Source: Takakia lepidozioides
Taxonomy: Eukaryota; Plantae; Bryophyta
Length of the DNA: 64,000 nt
Assembly: GCA_030704615.1 (NCBI GenBank)
Contig: CM060733.1
Location: 41,850,001-41,914,000, forward strand
Direction: 5' to 3'
Shown here piece after piece: positions 34,501 through 47,490 of the stretch (within the stretch, counting starts at the first letter, position 1; each line of letters starts with the position of its first letter). The translations under genes were made by a program, and so were the position numbers. A model generated the notes under the pieces. That model was not told the origin of the DNA. It made no database searches and worked only from the letters and a program-made list of their open reading frames with translations.

Positions 34501-35384
34501 TTTGCCATCTTGGAACAGGTACTCGGAGGACTTTTGGAAGAAAGGATTCGGGCTTGCCCGCATGGTGTTGGACGACAGAGGCTGTGTGGTTGTCCTGGCG
34601 AGCAGAGGAAAAAACACTCAGACAGGAATTGCGAAGTGGACCCGCAAGAGCGCCGTCCCGATTCTGAAGAAGAAGTGGACGTGCATCAATACACTGGGCC
34701 TTCGGTCGGAAGGGAAGAAGGTGATTACGACACTGGCACTCGTCCATTCATTTGCTTGGGTGTTTTCAAATGCGGTGCCGCATTCGGTTTCTAATCGTTT
34801 TCCCCCTGTGTATGCAGACGAAGCAGTTCGATGCATACTGCTTTGTGAAGGAGAACTCCACCTTTGCTTTCCGGAAGGAGGGAGGAAAGGTTGACCCGAA
34901 CTGCGACCCCCTCGATTACGACGTTCTGTTCAACAACGTTCCCAAGGAACTTCTCCCTCATAGCCTCACTTCAACGGAACCCCTGCGGTACTCACGGACT
35001 CGGAGCCCTGCCTTCATTCAGACAATTATGGAGACATGCACAGACGTGGAGGGCACAGTGCTGGACCTCATCTGTGGGACAGGTATGCAGAATCTTGATC
35101 TATGCTGTTCTGCAAATTCTCGTTAGGATGTAGTTCGCAACATCTGAAGCGCCATGTGGTAATGTGTGGATGGCATTGTAACAGGTGCCTCAATGTGGGC
35201 TGGGCGGTTTTCCGACCGGCACCTCTTTGCCTACGAGGAGGATTCATCCGTGTGGGGATCCCATCTGGAGGGGCTGCAACGGAATGTGAAGGCTCCCGAC
35301 AGAGCGGAAGTCTCCTCGGATTCGTCGGAGTCCGAGGAAGACACAGTGGACATTGATGCGGAGGAGAATCCGGAATACGAGTGA
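31512..35384 (+). CDS. ParB/Srx-domain + beta-class amino-methyltransferase-like fusion. Exons 31512-31808, 32252-32880, 32975-33167, 33252-33689, 33774-34000, ~34433-34720, 34818-35082, 35185-35384; the exon 5/6 join is out of phase, so an internal deletion is possible
   Basis: FYVWDGNHRLLAW (ParB GxxR); DMIILDIPDG (motif IV position); RTRSPAFIQTIMETCTDVEGTVLDLICGT|GASMWAGRFSDRHLFAYEED (motifs X-I-II); six of seven GT-AG joins are in phase. Confidence 0.75.
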
Positions 35385-35508
35385 GTGCAAACATTGTAAG
35401 TTTGCAAAGCCTTCTGGGTCATTTATGTCAAACGAATTTCCCAACTGTGGTTCTCATTAGTCTCGTTGATGATTGTCATGTGCAGGATTGCAGGGTCCGG
35501 GTCGAAAC

Positions 35509-36880
35509 TGTTAGAGGACTGTAGGGGACTTAGACACTTATACGGGATCTGTAGGGTACCCTTAAATTTTGCACAGACTGAGACCAACAGGAGCCTTAGG
35601 GGTGACAGCAGCGCACTGTAGAGGGGGGTTACACAGTTGTCACAGCCCACACAGCCGTCACAGTCGTCACAGCCCACACAGCCAACACAGCCCGTCACAG
35701 TCGTCACAGTCCACACAGCCAACACAGCCCGTCACAGTCGTCACAGCCCACACAGCCAACACAGCCCGTCACAGTCGTCACAGTCCACACAGCCGACACA
35801 GCCGACACAGCCCGGCACAGCCACACAGCCAGTCACAGCCCGACACAGCCAAACACAGTCGCACAGCCAGTCACAGTCGTCACAGTTTCACACAGCCAGT
35901 CACAGCTTGACACAGCTGTCACGATCATAGGGAACGAAGAGTAGGACAGGGAACGACTGTGGGGAACAACACCTGCGAAGGGAACATGTTAGTTCACAGA
36001 CGACGGTTAGTGAGGGAAACGGTTAGAACTGCGGATAGGAAGATAAAAGGGAAAACGGGGAATGAAGGGGGGATTATTATATTGATCATTATTCGAGGAG
36101 GACTTCTTAGTCAGGCGGGAACGGAGATCGGAAGCAAAGATGGAGAGCACGGTGAAGGAGGAAAGAGGATTAGTAGATGCTTGTTATATGCAAAGCTGTA
36201 GTGATATTGTAGAGCAGATTAGAGACACAATGGCTTCGGCCTGATACCTGATAAATCATAATCTGATACTTATGCGATACAATCACACTGTGTAGAGAGA
36301 TCTGAGTGAAGCTGTGGATTGAATGAAAGGGTGAAGGAAACCGATAGATTGATGAAGCAAACTGATACTTAATTATCAATGGTAAGGTAGCTAAGATGAA
36401 TGCGGAAAGAGAAACAAATAGGAAACACCCCCATGATACACTAGCTGTAGGTCATGACTGATTGTTCTGCGCGGGCTGAGTACTTAGAGATTTCCAACTC
36501 TTCTATCTTGGAGTTTCCGCCTCGGATAGCGAAGGGATGGGTGAGTAAAAGCCGCGCGACATTTGGCGACCATACTGGGGACCTGGGACATGAACAACCA
36601 GATGTGACAGACATCTGGTGGGATCATGGTGGTTGGACCATTAAAGAATTTGAAGTGAATCAAATTCCCTGTGGAACGAAGGAAGAAAGATTGTCCAAAC
36701 AATTCTTTCAAAGGTTCTTGGAATTGCCAGACGGTTGTAAAGAAAATATTCTTAAACGAGTGCATGATGCTGATCCAGAATGGGGTCTGGAGAAAGGAGT
36801 GATAAAGATTTATCAGGTAGCCTGTAGAGGAAGAGCACGTTGGTTACCAACATTGGTTTATGTGATAGCATTGCTATCCA
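35509..36880 (+). mobile_element. Family A 5' LTR (35509-36561), PBS and start of the 5' extra ORF, cut by a D-type end
   Basis: TG..CA ends; PBS 36564-36581; matches 23518-24765 in reverse. Confidence 0.9.
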
Positions 36881-37399
36881 ACGACGCAATGGCGTGAGCG
36901 TTGCACGTGAGCGCGCGAGCGTACGCTCACGCAGGAGTGACGTGGCGTGAGCGTACGCTCACTCCAGCTGATGTGGCGTGAGCCTGCACACATGCTGACG
37001 TGGCGTGAGCGTCATGTCAGCATGCTGATGTGGCGGTAAATGATGACGTGGCACTGTCCGTCAACTGCCACGTCAGCATTAACATGCGCCGCCTATAACC
37101 GTGGATGGTCCTATGACCGTGGAATTAATGCAGGGAATCTTGCCTAAATAGAATCAAGACGAGCGTTGAGGCCTACAATTGCAGCATCCAACATTGTGCA
37201 ATTACAAATGTTTGTTTCACTTTTACAATTACGAAGACGACAAAATATCCTCACAAAGTGTGCGCCATAAAGGCTGCCACGAGAAGACTTCCTCCCTCCT
37301 CAAATAACAATGAGAGTTATGATCATCTTCAAAAGATGATTGTAGTGCATAGCGACAGCAAGACATGTAGACTTCGAACGGTGCAATGACTGATGTGCA
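36881..37399. mobile_element. Second copy of the D1 left terminal ~520 bp
   Basis: Near-identical to 26498-27016. Confidence 0.9.
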
Positions 37400-37609
37400 G
37401 GGATGCCTCGGCGTGAGCCTGGTCACGTGAGCGCGTGAGCGCGACTGCGCTCACGCCACGTCACCTTGCGCAAATGCCACGTCACGGGTCTCAGTCCACG
37501 TCATCACACGTGGAGGCCGAGTCACCACGCACCCAGAAAGAAGTGGAGTGTATTCCCGCGGATTGGCACCCTTTACCGCGGAAACAAGCTGGACGACATA
37601 ATAAAAGGC

Positions 37610-37970
37610 ATTGAATAAATGATGGATGAATGTACAGTTGGATGATAAACAGATGGATGAGTTTGAAAAATCTATGTAGATGGATGAATGACGGATGGAT
37701 AAGAGTAAAATGGATGAATGTATAATGGATGTTGAGCAATGACAAAAATTCATGACAGGAAGATGCATGACCAAATCTTTTGACGAATGCACAAAGTATA
37801 TGAAATGAGTGTGGAAGGTTTGTGGGGTGGATTAAAGAGTACAGAGGATGAATGTACAATGGATGTTGTACAAAGGAAGCTTTCATGAATGGAGCACGCA
37901 TGAATACAGTGTAGATGAATGCACAATGGATATGAGAAGAGTCAGGAAGGTTTGTGAGATGGATTCATAC
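37610..37970 (+). repeat. Degenerate ATGGATGA-type low-complexity repeat
   Basis: Many atggatga/atgaatg copies. Confidence 0.6.
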
Positions 37971-38424
37971 ATATAGCAATTTAAACGAAAGTTGATTCTG
38001 TGATTATTATTTGTTCTAAAGGAACAACTACGGTGGAGGAAGGGGATTCAACGTTTTCCAGATAATATGAAAATGAATATTAAGAGAATACAGTTCAGTC
38101 TGACTCAGAGTCAGTACAATGTATCCCCTCTTCCTCTGCATCTAAGTCTAAGTATTTTAGAACACCGGATCCACGCTGGATACACCTATGGCTGGCCACT
38201 AAAAAGTCAGGGGATAGGGACTCGGCCGCGTGAAGTGCCATTGCTTCGGCATAAACAGGGAGCAGAAAATTGGAAAGGGGGCTGTCGAAAACAGACTCGC
38301 CAGAAATGACTGTATCTCCTGAAGATCCACCGCTGCCTTTCCTGAAAGACAGCCTGAAAAAGTTATAACTGTAACTTTGATGTTATCGAGAAATTGAGTA
38401 TGACTCCCAAAGAGGGTTTAGCAC

Positions 38425-41400
38425 TTACTCACATGAAAAATCGTTGTCGACCTGCTTATCTTCGGGATCGTCATCATTTTGAATTTGAATCCGATCAGTC
38501 TGTGTGCCGGAAGTGGAGCCAGACAAAAGGGGGAGGAGCACGGTGTTGTAGAGGTCAGAATCACCCTCCATGCCAAAAAGGCTTCTTCCGCCTGCCTTGC
38601 ATGCGTGGTAAGTTGCTCCTGCACCAGACAGGAGAACATGAACAGTTTGGAGGGGGGGATTTAAGCAGATGAAACTGTTGAAAGGAAACCAATTCGGAAG
38701 GGAAAAAACGAACATGTGGACACAGAAAGATCGACCACCCGTGCAGAGCGGTGGCTGCATGACTCCAGCAGTATTTGCATGAATGCTGGTGACTTTTCCT
38801 TTGCACCTCTCCAGGGAGTGCCATCTGGTCTCTTCAGAGTCTGACTGGACTGCATGAAGTTGTACAAAATGTCATCGACATGGGGCTCATAGGGGGGTTG
38901 ACGAAACAACCCTGGTCAGAAATCTCAAAGCTGCGGATGGAGGATGGTGTCTTTGATGTGCGAATCCTCCGCAGGCAGATCGCCTCGAACATCCTCGTCT
39001 GCCAAAGATAGCAGGTTAGTGTGGTAAACACAATCTAAAGTGGAAGTGTGTACATCGGCTATTCAGAACTCTGACACCAAAAAACCATGAATCGTTGATG
39101 ATTGGTGTCGATCATAAAACATTCTACTAGAGTGGAGCTGCAGAGAAAATTGAAACTCATGATCAAAGCATAAGCAGAAGGCAGACGGCATACCAGCTGA
39201 CCAGGGAAATCGCCTTTCACAAGGTAGAGGCTGTTCACACAATTCCATGTGCGCAAAACTTCAAACCCTGAAGACTTGAGGTATGATGCCAATGCCCGAC
39301 GACTATCATTGTCACATGACTGAAAAAGCAGAAGTGTCCCTGCATCAGAGAGGAAATTGTTACAGAACCCGAATACCCAACTCCAGTAGTTGTCCTCGAA
39401 TTTGTTCCACCCTGGCGTCTTGCCCTTTGGAAGAACTTCTGGCACAGCCTGGCCATCCGGGATGTCGAGAATGACAATGTCGGCCGCATAAGTTTTCTGC
39501 ACACCACACACGAAGGTGGGACCTGTGCTCACCTGCAACAGACATGTTTTTTATAAGAACGATGGCAAGAATGTTTTCAAAGAACGAGACTGAAATACTG
39601 CCAACGAAACATTCAGAGAAAAAGGAAAGAAAATGGAATTCTCACCAGATTGAGGAATGAGATTATATTGTCCCAGGTAGGGGATGGCACCCCAGTGTAT
39701 CCTCTCTTTCGACTCTGCATCATCGAAAGCCAACCCTCATTAACAATTTTCATCTCTCCTGCTGAATCAGAACGGGAAGGGTGTGGCTTGGCATCGAACA
39801 CGCACTGAAGAGTGCGGGTATATCTTCCAGCAGTAAAGTCCTGCCCACTCTCCATCTCCTTTTCATTCTCCTTCCCCTTGTCCTTTTCCTTCTCTTTGGA
39901 CTTGTCTTTGTCCTTTGGCTTTGCTGGTGAGATGGCTATGACATCAACAGCCTTGTCTTTTGGTTTGCGGCCCGCCTTCTTTCCCTTCTGCGGCGTTCCC
40001 TGAGCATCAGGCTCCTTGGCAGCCAAGGTTGCTATGTTTCGTTGATACTCTTCGTCAGTCAAAGGCGCCAGCATCTCAGCGTTATTGTTCAAGTATTTCA
40101 TATGCTGTTCTTGAAAGGTCGTGTGCTCAGGTGGGCAGTCAAGGTACCACCCACAGTCTCTGAAGTGAGAAGGACTCCAGTCCTTCAATATCCCTGCAGT
40201 ATACATGGTTGGATCGTTTGCAGGGTCCGACCACATGTCAAGATAGTCGGGAATTCCGCTCAGGTGATTTCCTTCCATAAGCACATATTTCGTGTACCTG
40301 AAAAAAGGAGATGAATCCCAACCCAAAAGCGCTCAGTGAGTAAGATGCAAGTAGAACAGAAAGAATAAAACATGGATTGAAATGGCTCTGACAACTGCTC
40401 CAAGGACCTTTCAGGACCACACTACTGCTCCAGATATGAATGTCGTCAACGCCATTCAGCACATTCCATTCCATGACACTGTAAATACATCCTAATCCAG
40501 GTGAATGCAAATAAGCGATTAGAAATGACACAGACATAGAAGTGAATGTCGTCAACGACATTCAAGAATGAAGCCAAATTATTACTGAAATGAAGCAAAA
40601 TCACAAGATGGAAATAAAAAAATTGAGTAAGGAACCATCCAGGAATACTCAATGCACATTCATAACGAACCTATCACTGAGGACCTCACAACATCACTGT
40701 ATGTGAATGGCGTCAACGCCATTCACAAAAATACAAAAAAGAAACCAATTACTTAGCTCCCCAATCCATGAAAATTGAATTTGTCGTTTTTTAATACCAC
40801 TCGGTGGCATTTCCGCCCCTCCTACAATCCTTGTCTGCACACACCCTCTCAAAGAACGAGACCATATTCTGAAATCCTGGGGTGTCGGAAGGCTCTTCGG
40901 CAGTCACCTTCTTCAGTGCTCTGCCCTTCAGACCCTCCATGGTCTTCATGTATGCCAACTTGGCTGCCCGTCCATCCAAAGCCGCCAAGAAACTCTCATT
41001 TACACACTGGACTACTGTTTCGGGAGCCACTTTCGGCCTCTTCATTTCCACCGGCTCGAAAGGGTGCCCCCCTGGGGGGTTGAAGAGTGCCTTCTTTGCC
41101 GAGCCAGTTCTCGTGCCTCTCGTGACAACGGTGGGCACAGGGGAGGCAGCCTGCGTTTGGGGGGGTGGGCTGGTTGCAAAGTCTCCATCGGAGTCCTCTT
41201 CCTCACCCTCTTCCTGAACAGGCTGTTTCTGCTTCTTCGTTTTGGCGAGTGTCACAACAGCTGCTCCTTGCTGGCGAGTCCTCTTCTTCGACCCCTTCTG
41301 TTGGGCCTGCACAGCTGCATCCACCGTCTTTTGTGCCATCTCAGCTGCCTTTCTGGATTCTTCCAGAGCAGCAGATTCCTTTGCCGACTTTGGCCCAGCA

Positions 41401-44400
41401 GGGACACGTCTTTCTTTTCTCTTCTCTTCTGCCAAGGCGTGCAGATCTTTCTCAGACTCGTCAACAATACCGCCAGACATGTCCAGGTACCACGGGCATC
41501 CAACGAGATGCGCGGGATGCCATTGTTTCTGCATCTCGGGTGTGTAGACACAGCTTGGGCCCGCCACGGTCCAAGCCATGAAGAACGGGGGCTCTTGAGC
41601 CAGGGCCCCTGTCTGAAGGAGCACGTATTTCATATACCTGCAGGCTGGTGTGGATGCGACTCAGGTTATCTGTAATTAAGACTTGTAGTTGCCTTCTGTC
41701 TTAGAGCTGTAGGAGCACATCAATCCTTAGGGCAGAAGTACACATGTAGAAGGATAGGGTAGAGGTTGGCAAGCACAAGGATGTTGCCAGCTGGTGAAGC
41801 AAGCCGTCATGACATGATGAGAACTGGAATCAAGATGAGAAGAAGCGTTGAATATGGCTGATGACAGCGATGGTGAGGTGCCAGCTTAGCAGGCAGAACC
41901 ACCGCTTCACACGAGTATAAGACAGATAAGTTCTAAGAGTGTTGGCTTCTCTTTTTGGGCACTTAGGAATGACTTTGTGAAGTTTTTGGAACTGTCTCTT
42001 GTATCTGCTGAAGGGGACAGAAATGTGAGGAGTAGAAAAGCCCTTTGAAAATGGAATGAAGACACTGGAATTCAAACCAGGATAGGGTGGAGATGGATGC
42101 ACCTGTTGTTACACTGTCATTAGGAAAAAGAGAGAGGGGACAAGGATAGCTCACATCAGGGTCAGAATGGTTGCTGTTGTTGTGTTCCTTTTCTTTATTT
42201 TCAGTGTCTTCAGCCAGCATAAGCAAAACAGCCCTGGATGTTAAAACAGTGGAGCCAGTGTAGAACTAGCTTGGTGGATAAAGGAGAACAGGGATGGTCA
42301 GACAGAAACGGATTTGAAGAACTGAGAGGGATGACGTGGATGGGGAAGAAAAGTCAATACTGTTTTGGGGTTTGGATCTGATTTATAGAAGTGTTCTCAA
42401 CATGTGAATGACTGAGGTTTGCATTTGAGGAGAAAAAGAGAGCTGTCAGGGTGTGTGATTTGAGATCTGTAGAAGGGTTGTGAAGCACCTTGGCCAAATA
42501 GGATCCACTTGGGGAAAGATAGTGCAAGGACCAGTCACTGGAGAGAGAGAAAAAGAGAAAGACCGACAGAGGGGCAGATCATGTCTTGTAACCAAGGTTG
42601 ACTTCAATGATGGATGCACTGGATGCCTGGCTGGATGTGCATTTGCATTGCATCATAGCCATGCTGTTGTGAAAAAAGTGAGGAATCCACACACCAAGGA
42701 AAAAGAATTTGAGAGAAAGAAAAAGTGAAAAGGGAGAAAGGGTTGATAAGGGATGGACAAATGGAGAGGCAAGGTCAAGAAGACATGAATCCTGAATGAT
42801 CAAACTAGTGGGCCTGCAGTTCATGGCAGATCTGAGCTGCCCACCCACCTAGACCGTGATCTCATTACAAAAAGGGGCTTCCGACGTGTTGCAAAACAAG
42901 GGAACTGCCCACAAGGGCAGTGTTTATCACTGACATAGGGCTGATTGCATCACTGAATACATCGCACCAACATAGTTGGTGCTGTACCTGCAGGTAGAGG
43001 ATGTTGTGTAAAAGGTAGAACCAAGAGTGAACAACAATTTGACTCCCCATCCATGTCTTCTCTTCCGCTGCGGCGTGGATGAGGATTGCTTGAACTCTGA
43101 TCACGAAGGAGCTGAGGGAAACCCACAGCCAAGTGACGACAGTTGGACAGATTAGAAGAACGTTCTTTCTTTTGCTCCGCTTAGAATGGAAGGAAGCACA
43201 ATTAGAATTATATAGAAGGGGATTCACGCCCCTTCTTTTGGTATCAGAGCCACGCTGGATCTTGTCTGAGAGTTGTAGGTTTTCAGTGTAGCAAGATAGG
43301 AGAGTGATTTGCGAGCAATGGTGACTAACATTCCATTTTACGGAAAGAAGGATGAGGATGTTTGCAGCTGGATCCAGAATCTGAAAAGGGATGGTGAGAG
43401 GCGGAGCTTTGACGAGCACAAGTTATTTATATCGGCAAGGCTGAATCTCAAGGCACGGGCTGACACTTGGCATCGAATGCAAAAACCAAGGTCCATGAAC
43501 TGGCATGATTTTCAAGTAGCCAAAATCTTGAAATTTGGAGAAGAAGGTCAATCAAGTAAGAGTAAAGTGATGTTAGCAAGGAAGTTTGATGGGATAGATA
43601 CAAATGTGGAAGAGTATGCTACAGGAATGGAGGAGAAATTGTCTCTGATTGAGAAGGATACTCACAACAGGTTCACACCTGTGAGTTCTATTGATCATGA
43701 ACCTATACCAGATCACAAAACCATGTCACGGAGGTGCTTTAGGGAGAAGAACCAAATCAGCGAAGTCCATGCAATGCTTCCTCGAGTTCTCAGCTTGAAC
43801 ATCACAAGGCAGCAAGTAGAGTGTTGCACTGCATGTCCATCAAGACAGAATCAGATCCGAAGTGAAAAGAATCACCGGCTGGGGCTGCAAGTGGGAACAT
43901 GTGGAATGCAAGATTCATGCTGTGGAATGTTTGAACAATGGGAATCGAAGAGCAGCAGAAGGATGGAGTGCGAATGTGTAAGCTCTCTTGGCACAAACGT
44001 TGTGAATGTGTTTTGTGATGAGGAAGGAGAGATCATGGAAGACATCTTTTGTTCAACAGAGGATCAATCAGGTGTCAATGAAGAGTGTACACCTAGATTG
44101 CAAGTTCCTGTGCAGTTCCCAAGGTCTTATACAAGGGCACATGTAGGGCAAGACATACCTGGGGAGTTTGGGCATGATACCACCAACTCCCCAAGCAATA
44201 GTGGTACAACCGGTGAGGTGAGTGTCATAAGAGAGGAAGATGTCAAGGAGTCTTGGACAGATCTGATGGAATGGGTGAAGGAAGAGTGTACTTTGCTTGC
44301 TCAAACTAGACATGATATAGATCAAGATGCACACCTAGATCAAAACATACTTGGGGAGCTGAGAGAAGTTGGGAAGGGAGACCATGCGACAGAGTGGGAT

Positions 44401-45410
44401 TCGAAGAGTCCGCTGGAATACCCTGCTGCCCAGAACTCTGCCAATGCTACTGTGTGTCTCCTCCAACATTTTATCCGCTGCACTTTTGAAATCCTCCGGA
44501 GACATGTCTGTAGGTGCCGGTAGTGGCTGAGCAGCTGGAGCATCCTCAACTGGAGCTACACTCTGGGGCCTGTGTGCGGGCAATTCTGCCATTGCAGAGG
44601 CCTCCTCCGGGCCTGCTTGCTCATCGGTGGTGAGGTCTGCCTGCGAACGTTCAGCGGCAGCACCCTCCTCCGGTACCAAATTGAGATCAACGGTCGATCC
44701 CATTGCCTTCGCTGCAGCAGAGTCGGCCCCAACATCTGCAGGCGGGAAATCCTCCAGGAACTGAGCTTCAGCTCGTGGAAGCGGTTTTGCGGGAGATTGT
44801 TCGCCCATCGCCCTGATTGCCTTCTGCTTCCTCATCCTTGCAGGTGAAGGTGTCTGCTGCAATTGAATCTGTCTTCTACCCTGCTGCTTCATTCGCGTTG
44901 GGGGGGTGAATCAGCCTGAGCCGGTTCAGAAGCCAGTAGAGGGACGGGCTGCTTCTTCTTCGACTTTGCTAGAGAAGGGCCCGACCCCTGCTGGCGATTC
45001 TCCATGACCGAAGAACGCAAGTCGATCTCTGGGACTTTGAACTTGCCCTTCAAAGACGCGTCTTTGAATCGCACAGGGCTAGGCCCGGCAGGAATACCCG
45101 CGCTCAGGGATCGGGTGGGTGTACGTGCTGCAGCTAGCTCCTCGGACTCTTCATGCGGCTCTTCGGATTCCTGCGATCCCTCCAGCACGTCCACCTTTCC
45201 TGTTAGGCATGCAAACATGTTCTGCATTCAAGTCTCCTAGCATTCAGTCTAAGAATCACAGAAGCAAAATGGGGGGTTCGGTGCTCGATCAGCTGCGCGC
45301 AGCCCGATCGCATGGAGCTCTCACTGGTGGCTGGGTTGCCTGAGTGGCCTGCTGCTCGGAGATGGCAATCTCCTCCTGTAGACGCATCTGCTTCCTCCCC
45401 TTCGGCATTG
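38425..45410 (-). pseudogene. ParB-MTase homologue of D2; most of the ParB domain is lost at the family C insertion, with a frameshift near 38900
   Basis: RIPLCRMVSL (start of ParB, ~44400); ADIVILDIPDG; FLSDAGTLLLF; GAKEKSPAFMQILLESCSHRSARVVDLSVST|GATYHACKAGGRSLFGMEGD; last two intron positions match D1. Confidence 0.75.
41649..44372 (+). mobile_element. LTR family C fragment: ~1.6-kb LTR, iMet PBS (43240-43251), truncated gag-like ORF from 43318
   Basis: Homologous to 62409-64000 in reverse; tggtatcagagc; PFYGKKDEDVCSWI..LNLKARADTWH capsid-like motif; both limits approximate. Confidence 0.75.
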
Positions 45411-45839
45411 GCCTACGTCCGAAGTATAATTTCCGGAGCTTGCGACGAGGTCTCCTGGCTGGTGCACAAACTCCCCCCCTCTCAGGTTCGAGCATAAGAA
45501 GAACAGAGAGAGGGAAAAGGGGCAAAGAGTGCAGATGGAAAGGGCGCGAGAGGGGTGACTGAGGAGACACGACAAAAGTAGATGAAACGGCGGTGATGCA
45601 CCACTTGGGTTCGAAAGGGTTGGACGAAAGTGTCTCCTCGTGGAGTTTGCGTCATTACGAAATTCGAATCGTTGAGGGTACGCCTGCCGTCCGAAAAACA
45701 AACATCATTATCCAACGGTCAGGCCGCGCCAACTCATGCCCCTTCAGTCAGATAGAGTGCCTACATGTGCAGCAATTCCGTTGCTCCACGTGTTCACATT
45801 TCAAGGTATTTCCGTCCCAGCGTCTGATGAGTTGGAGCG

Positions 45840-47490
45840 AAAATGCGAATGCGGCGCCGCATTTCCGTTCAGTACCATCACGAAGCTACACATCCGTACT
45901 TGTTGGAAGAAAATGCGGCACCGCATTTCCGTTCCACCTTCACATACCTTAGTTGTTGAACGGAAATACGGTGCCGCATTTCCGTCCCACAGCTCCATGT
46001 ATGAGATTCAAAAGGGAAATGCGGCGCCGCATTTCCGTTCTGGAATGTCGAAAGGTGCGATTGGGACGGGAATGAGGCACAACATTTCAGTTCCCGTGGT
46101 TCATGATTTTCAATGTGAACGGAAATGCGGTACCGCATTTCCGTTCCCACTTCACATACGTTAGTTGATGAATGGAAATGCCGTGCCACATTTCCGTTCG
46201 GGAAAGTATAGAGGTCTCACCTGGACAGAAATGCGGTGCCGCATTTCCGGTCTGGAAAGTTTGAAGGTCTCACATGGATGGAAATGCGGCAACACATTTC
46301 CGTAGCACAGCTCCAGGCCCCATATACAAAACGGAAATGCGGCGCCGCATTTCCGTTCTAGAATGTCGGAAGGTGCGACTCGGACGGAAATGCGGTGCCG
46401 CATTTCTGTTCCCGTTGCGCACGATTTTCAGTCAGAACGGAAATGCGGTACCGCATTTCCGTTCTGTTGAGTATTAACGTCTGATGCAGGCGGAAATGCT
46501 GTGCCGCATTTTCGTTCCACAGCTCCATGCCTCACATACAAAACGGAAATGCGGCGCCGCATTTCCGTTTTGGAATGTCGGAAGGTGCGACTCCGACGGA
46601 AATGCGGTACGGCATTTCAGTTCCGATGTTTCAGGATATTTCATCAGAACGGAAATGCGGTGCCGCATTTCCCTTTTGAATCTAATACATTCCGTTCTGG
46701 AATGTTGGGAGGTGCGACTCGGATGGAAATGCGCTGCCGCATTTCAGTTCCGATGGTTCACGATTTTCAGTCAGAACGGAAATGCGGTACCGCATTTCCG
46801 TTCTGGATAGTATGAATGTCTCAAGCGTTCGGAATTGCGCTGTATGAAGCTGTCGGAATCGCACTCGGCTCCATGCATCAGATACATAATGGAAATGCGG
46901 CGCCGCATTTCCGTTCTGGAATGTCGGAAAGTGCGACTCGGACGGAAATGCGGTGCCGCATTTCTGTTCCCGTTGTTCATAAATCTCAATCAGAACGGAA
47001 ATGCGGTACCGCATTTCCGTTCCACCTTCACATACCGTGCTTGTTGAATGAAAATGCGGTACCGCATTTCCGTTCTGGAGAGTATGAATGTCTTTTAAGG
47101 ACGGAAGTTGCTGCAGCATTTCTATCCCTCAGCTCCATGCATCAGATACAAAATGGAAATGCGGCGCCGCATTTCCGTTCTGAAATGTCGGAAAAGTGCG
47201 ACTCGGACGGAAATGCGGTGCCGCATTTCTGTTCCCGTTGTTCATAAATCTCAATCAGAACGGAAATGCGGTAGCGCATTTCCGTTCCACCTTCACATAC
47301 CGTGCTTGCTGGATGGAAATAAGTTACCGCATTTCCGTTCTGGAGAGTATAAAGGTTTCCCCCGGACGGAAACTCGGTGCCGCATTTCCGTCGCTTTGGT
47401 GCATGACCAAGATGCAATACGGAAATGCGGCGCCGTATTTCCGTCCACCAGCAATCGAAAGAATCACTCGGGACGGGAAATCTGGAACCT
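45840..47490. repeat. Array of ~30 palindromes GAACGGAAATGCGGYRCCGCATTTCCGTTC with ~23-bp spacers and a 53-bp period
   Basis: Centres counted at 45919, 45972, 46025 ... 46661 and 46901 ... 47431. Confidence 0.95.

Larger units (their letters stand above)
26498..35508. mobile_element. DNA transposon D1 (Mutator-like) with divergent transposase and ParB-methyltransferase genes; right end lost behind an LTR insertion
   Basis: Left end defined by two independent junctions (26498 and 36881); gene content described below. Confidence 0.8.

Noticed and set aside
31512-35384. Bacterial or phage contamination explaining ParB-MTase
   Set aside because: The gene has in-phase GT-AG introns, some at the same positions in a paralogue, and is interleaved with plant-type LTR elements
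43309-44523. Single 404-aa gene
   Set aside because: Chimeric: the last ~50 codons are the antisense of the D2 ParB-MTase exon
45840-47490. CRISPR array (30-bp repeat with ~23-bp spacers)
   Set aside because: Spacers recur in a cyclic higher-order pattern, repeats are full palindromes with many substitutions, there are no cas genes and the context is eukaryotic
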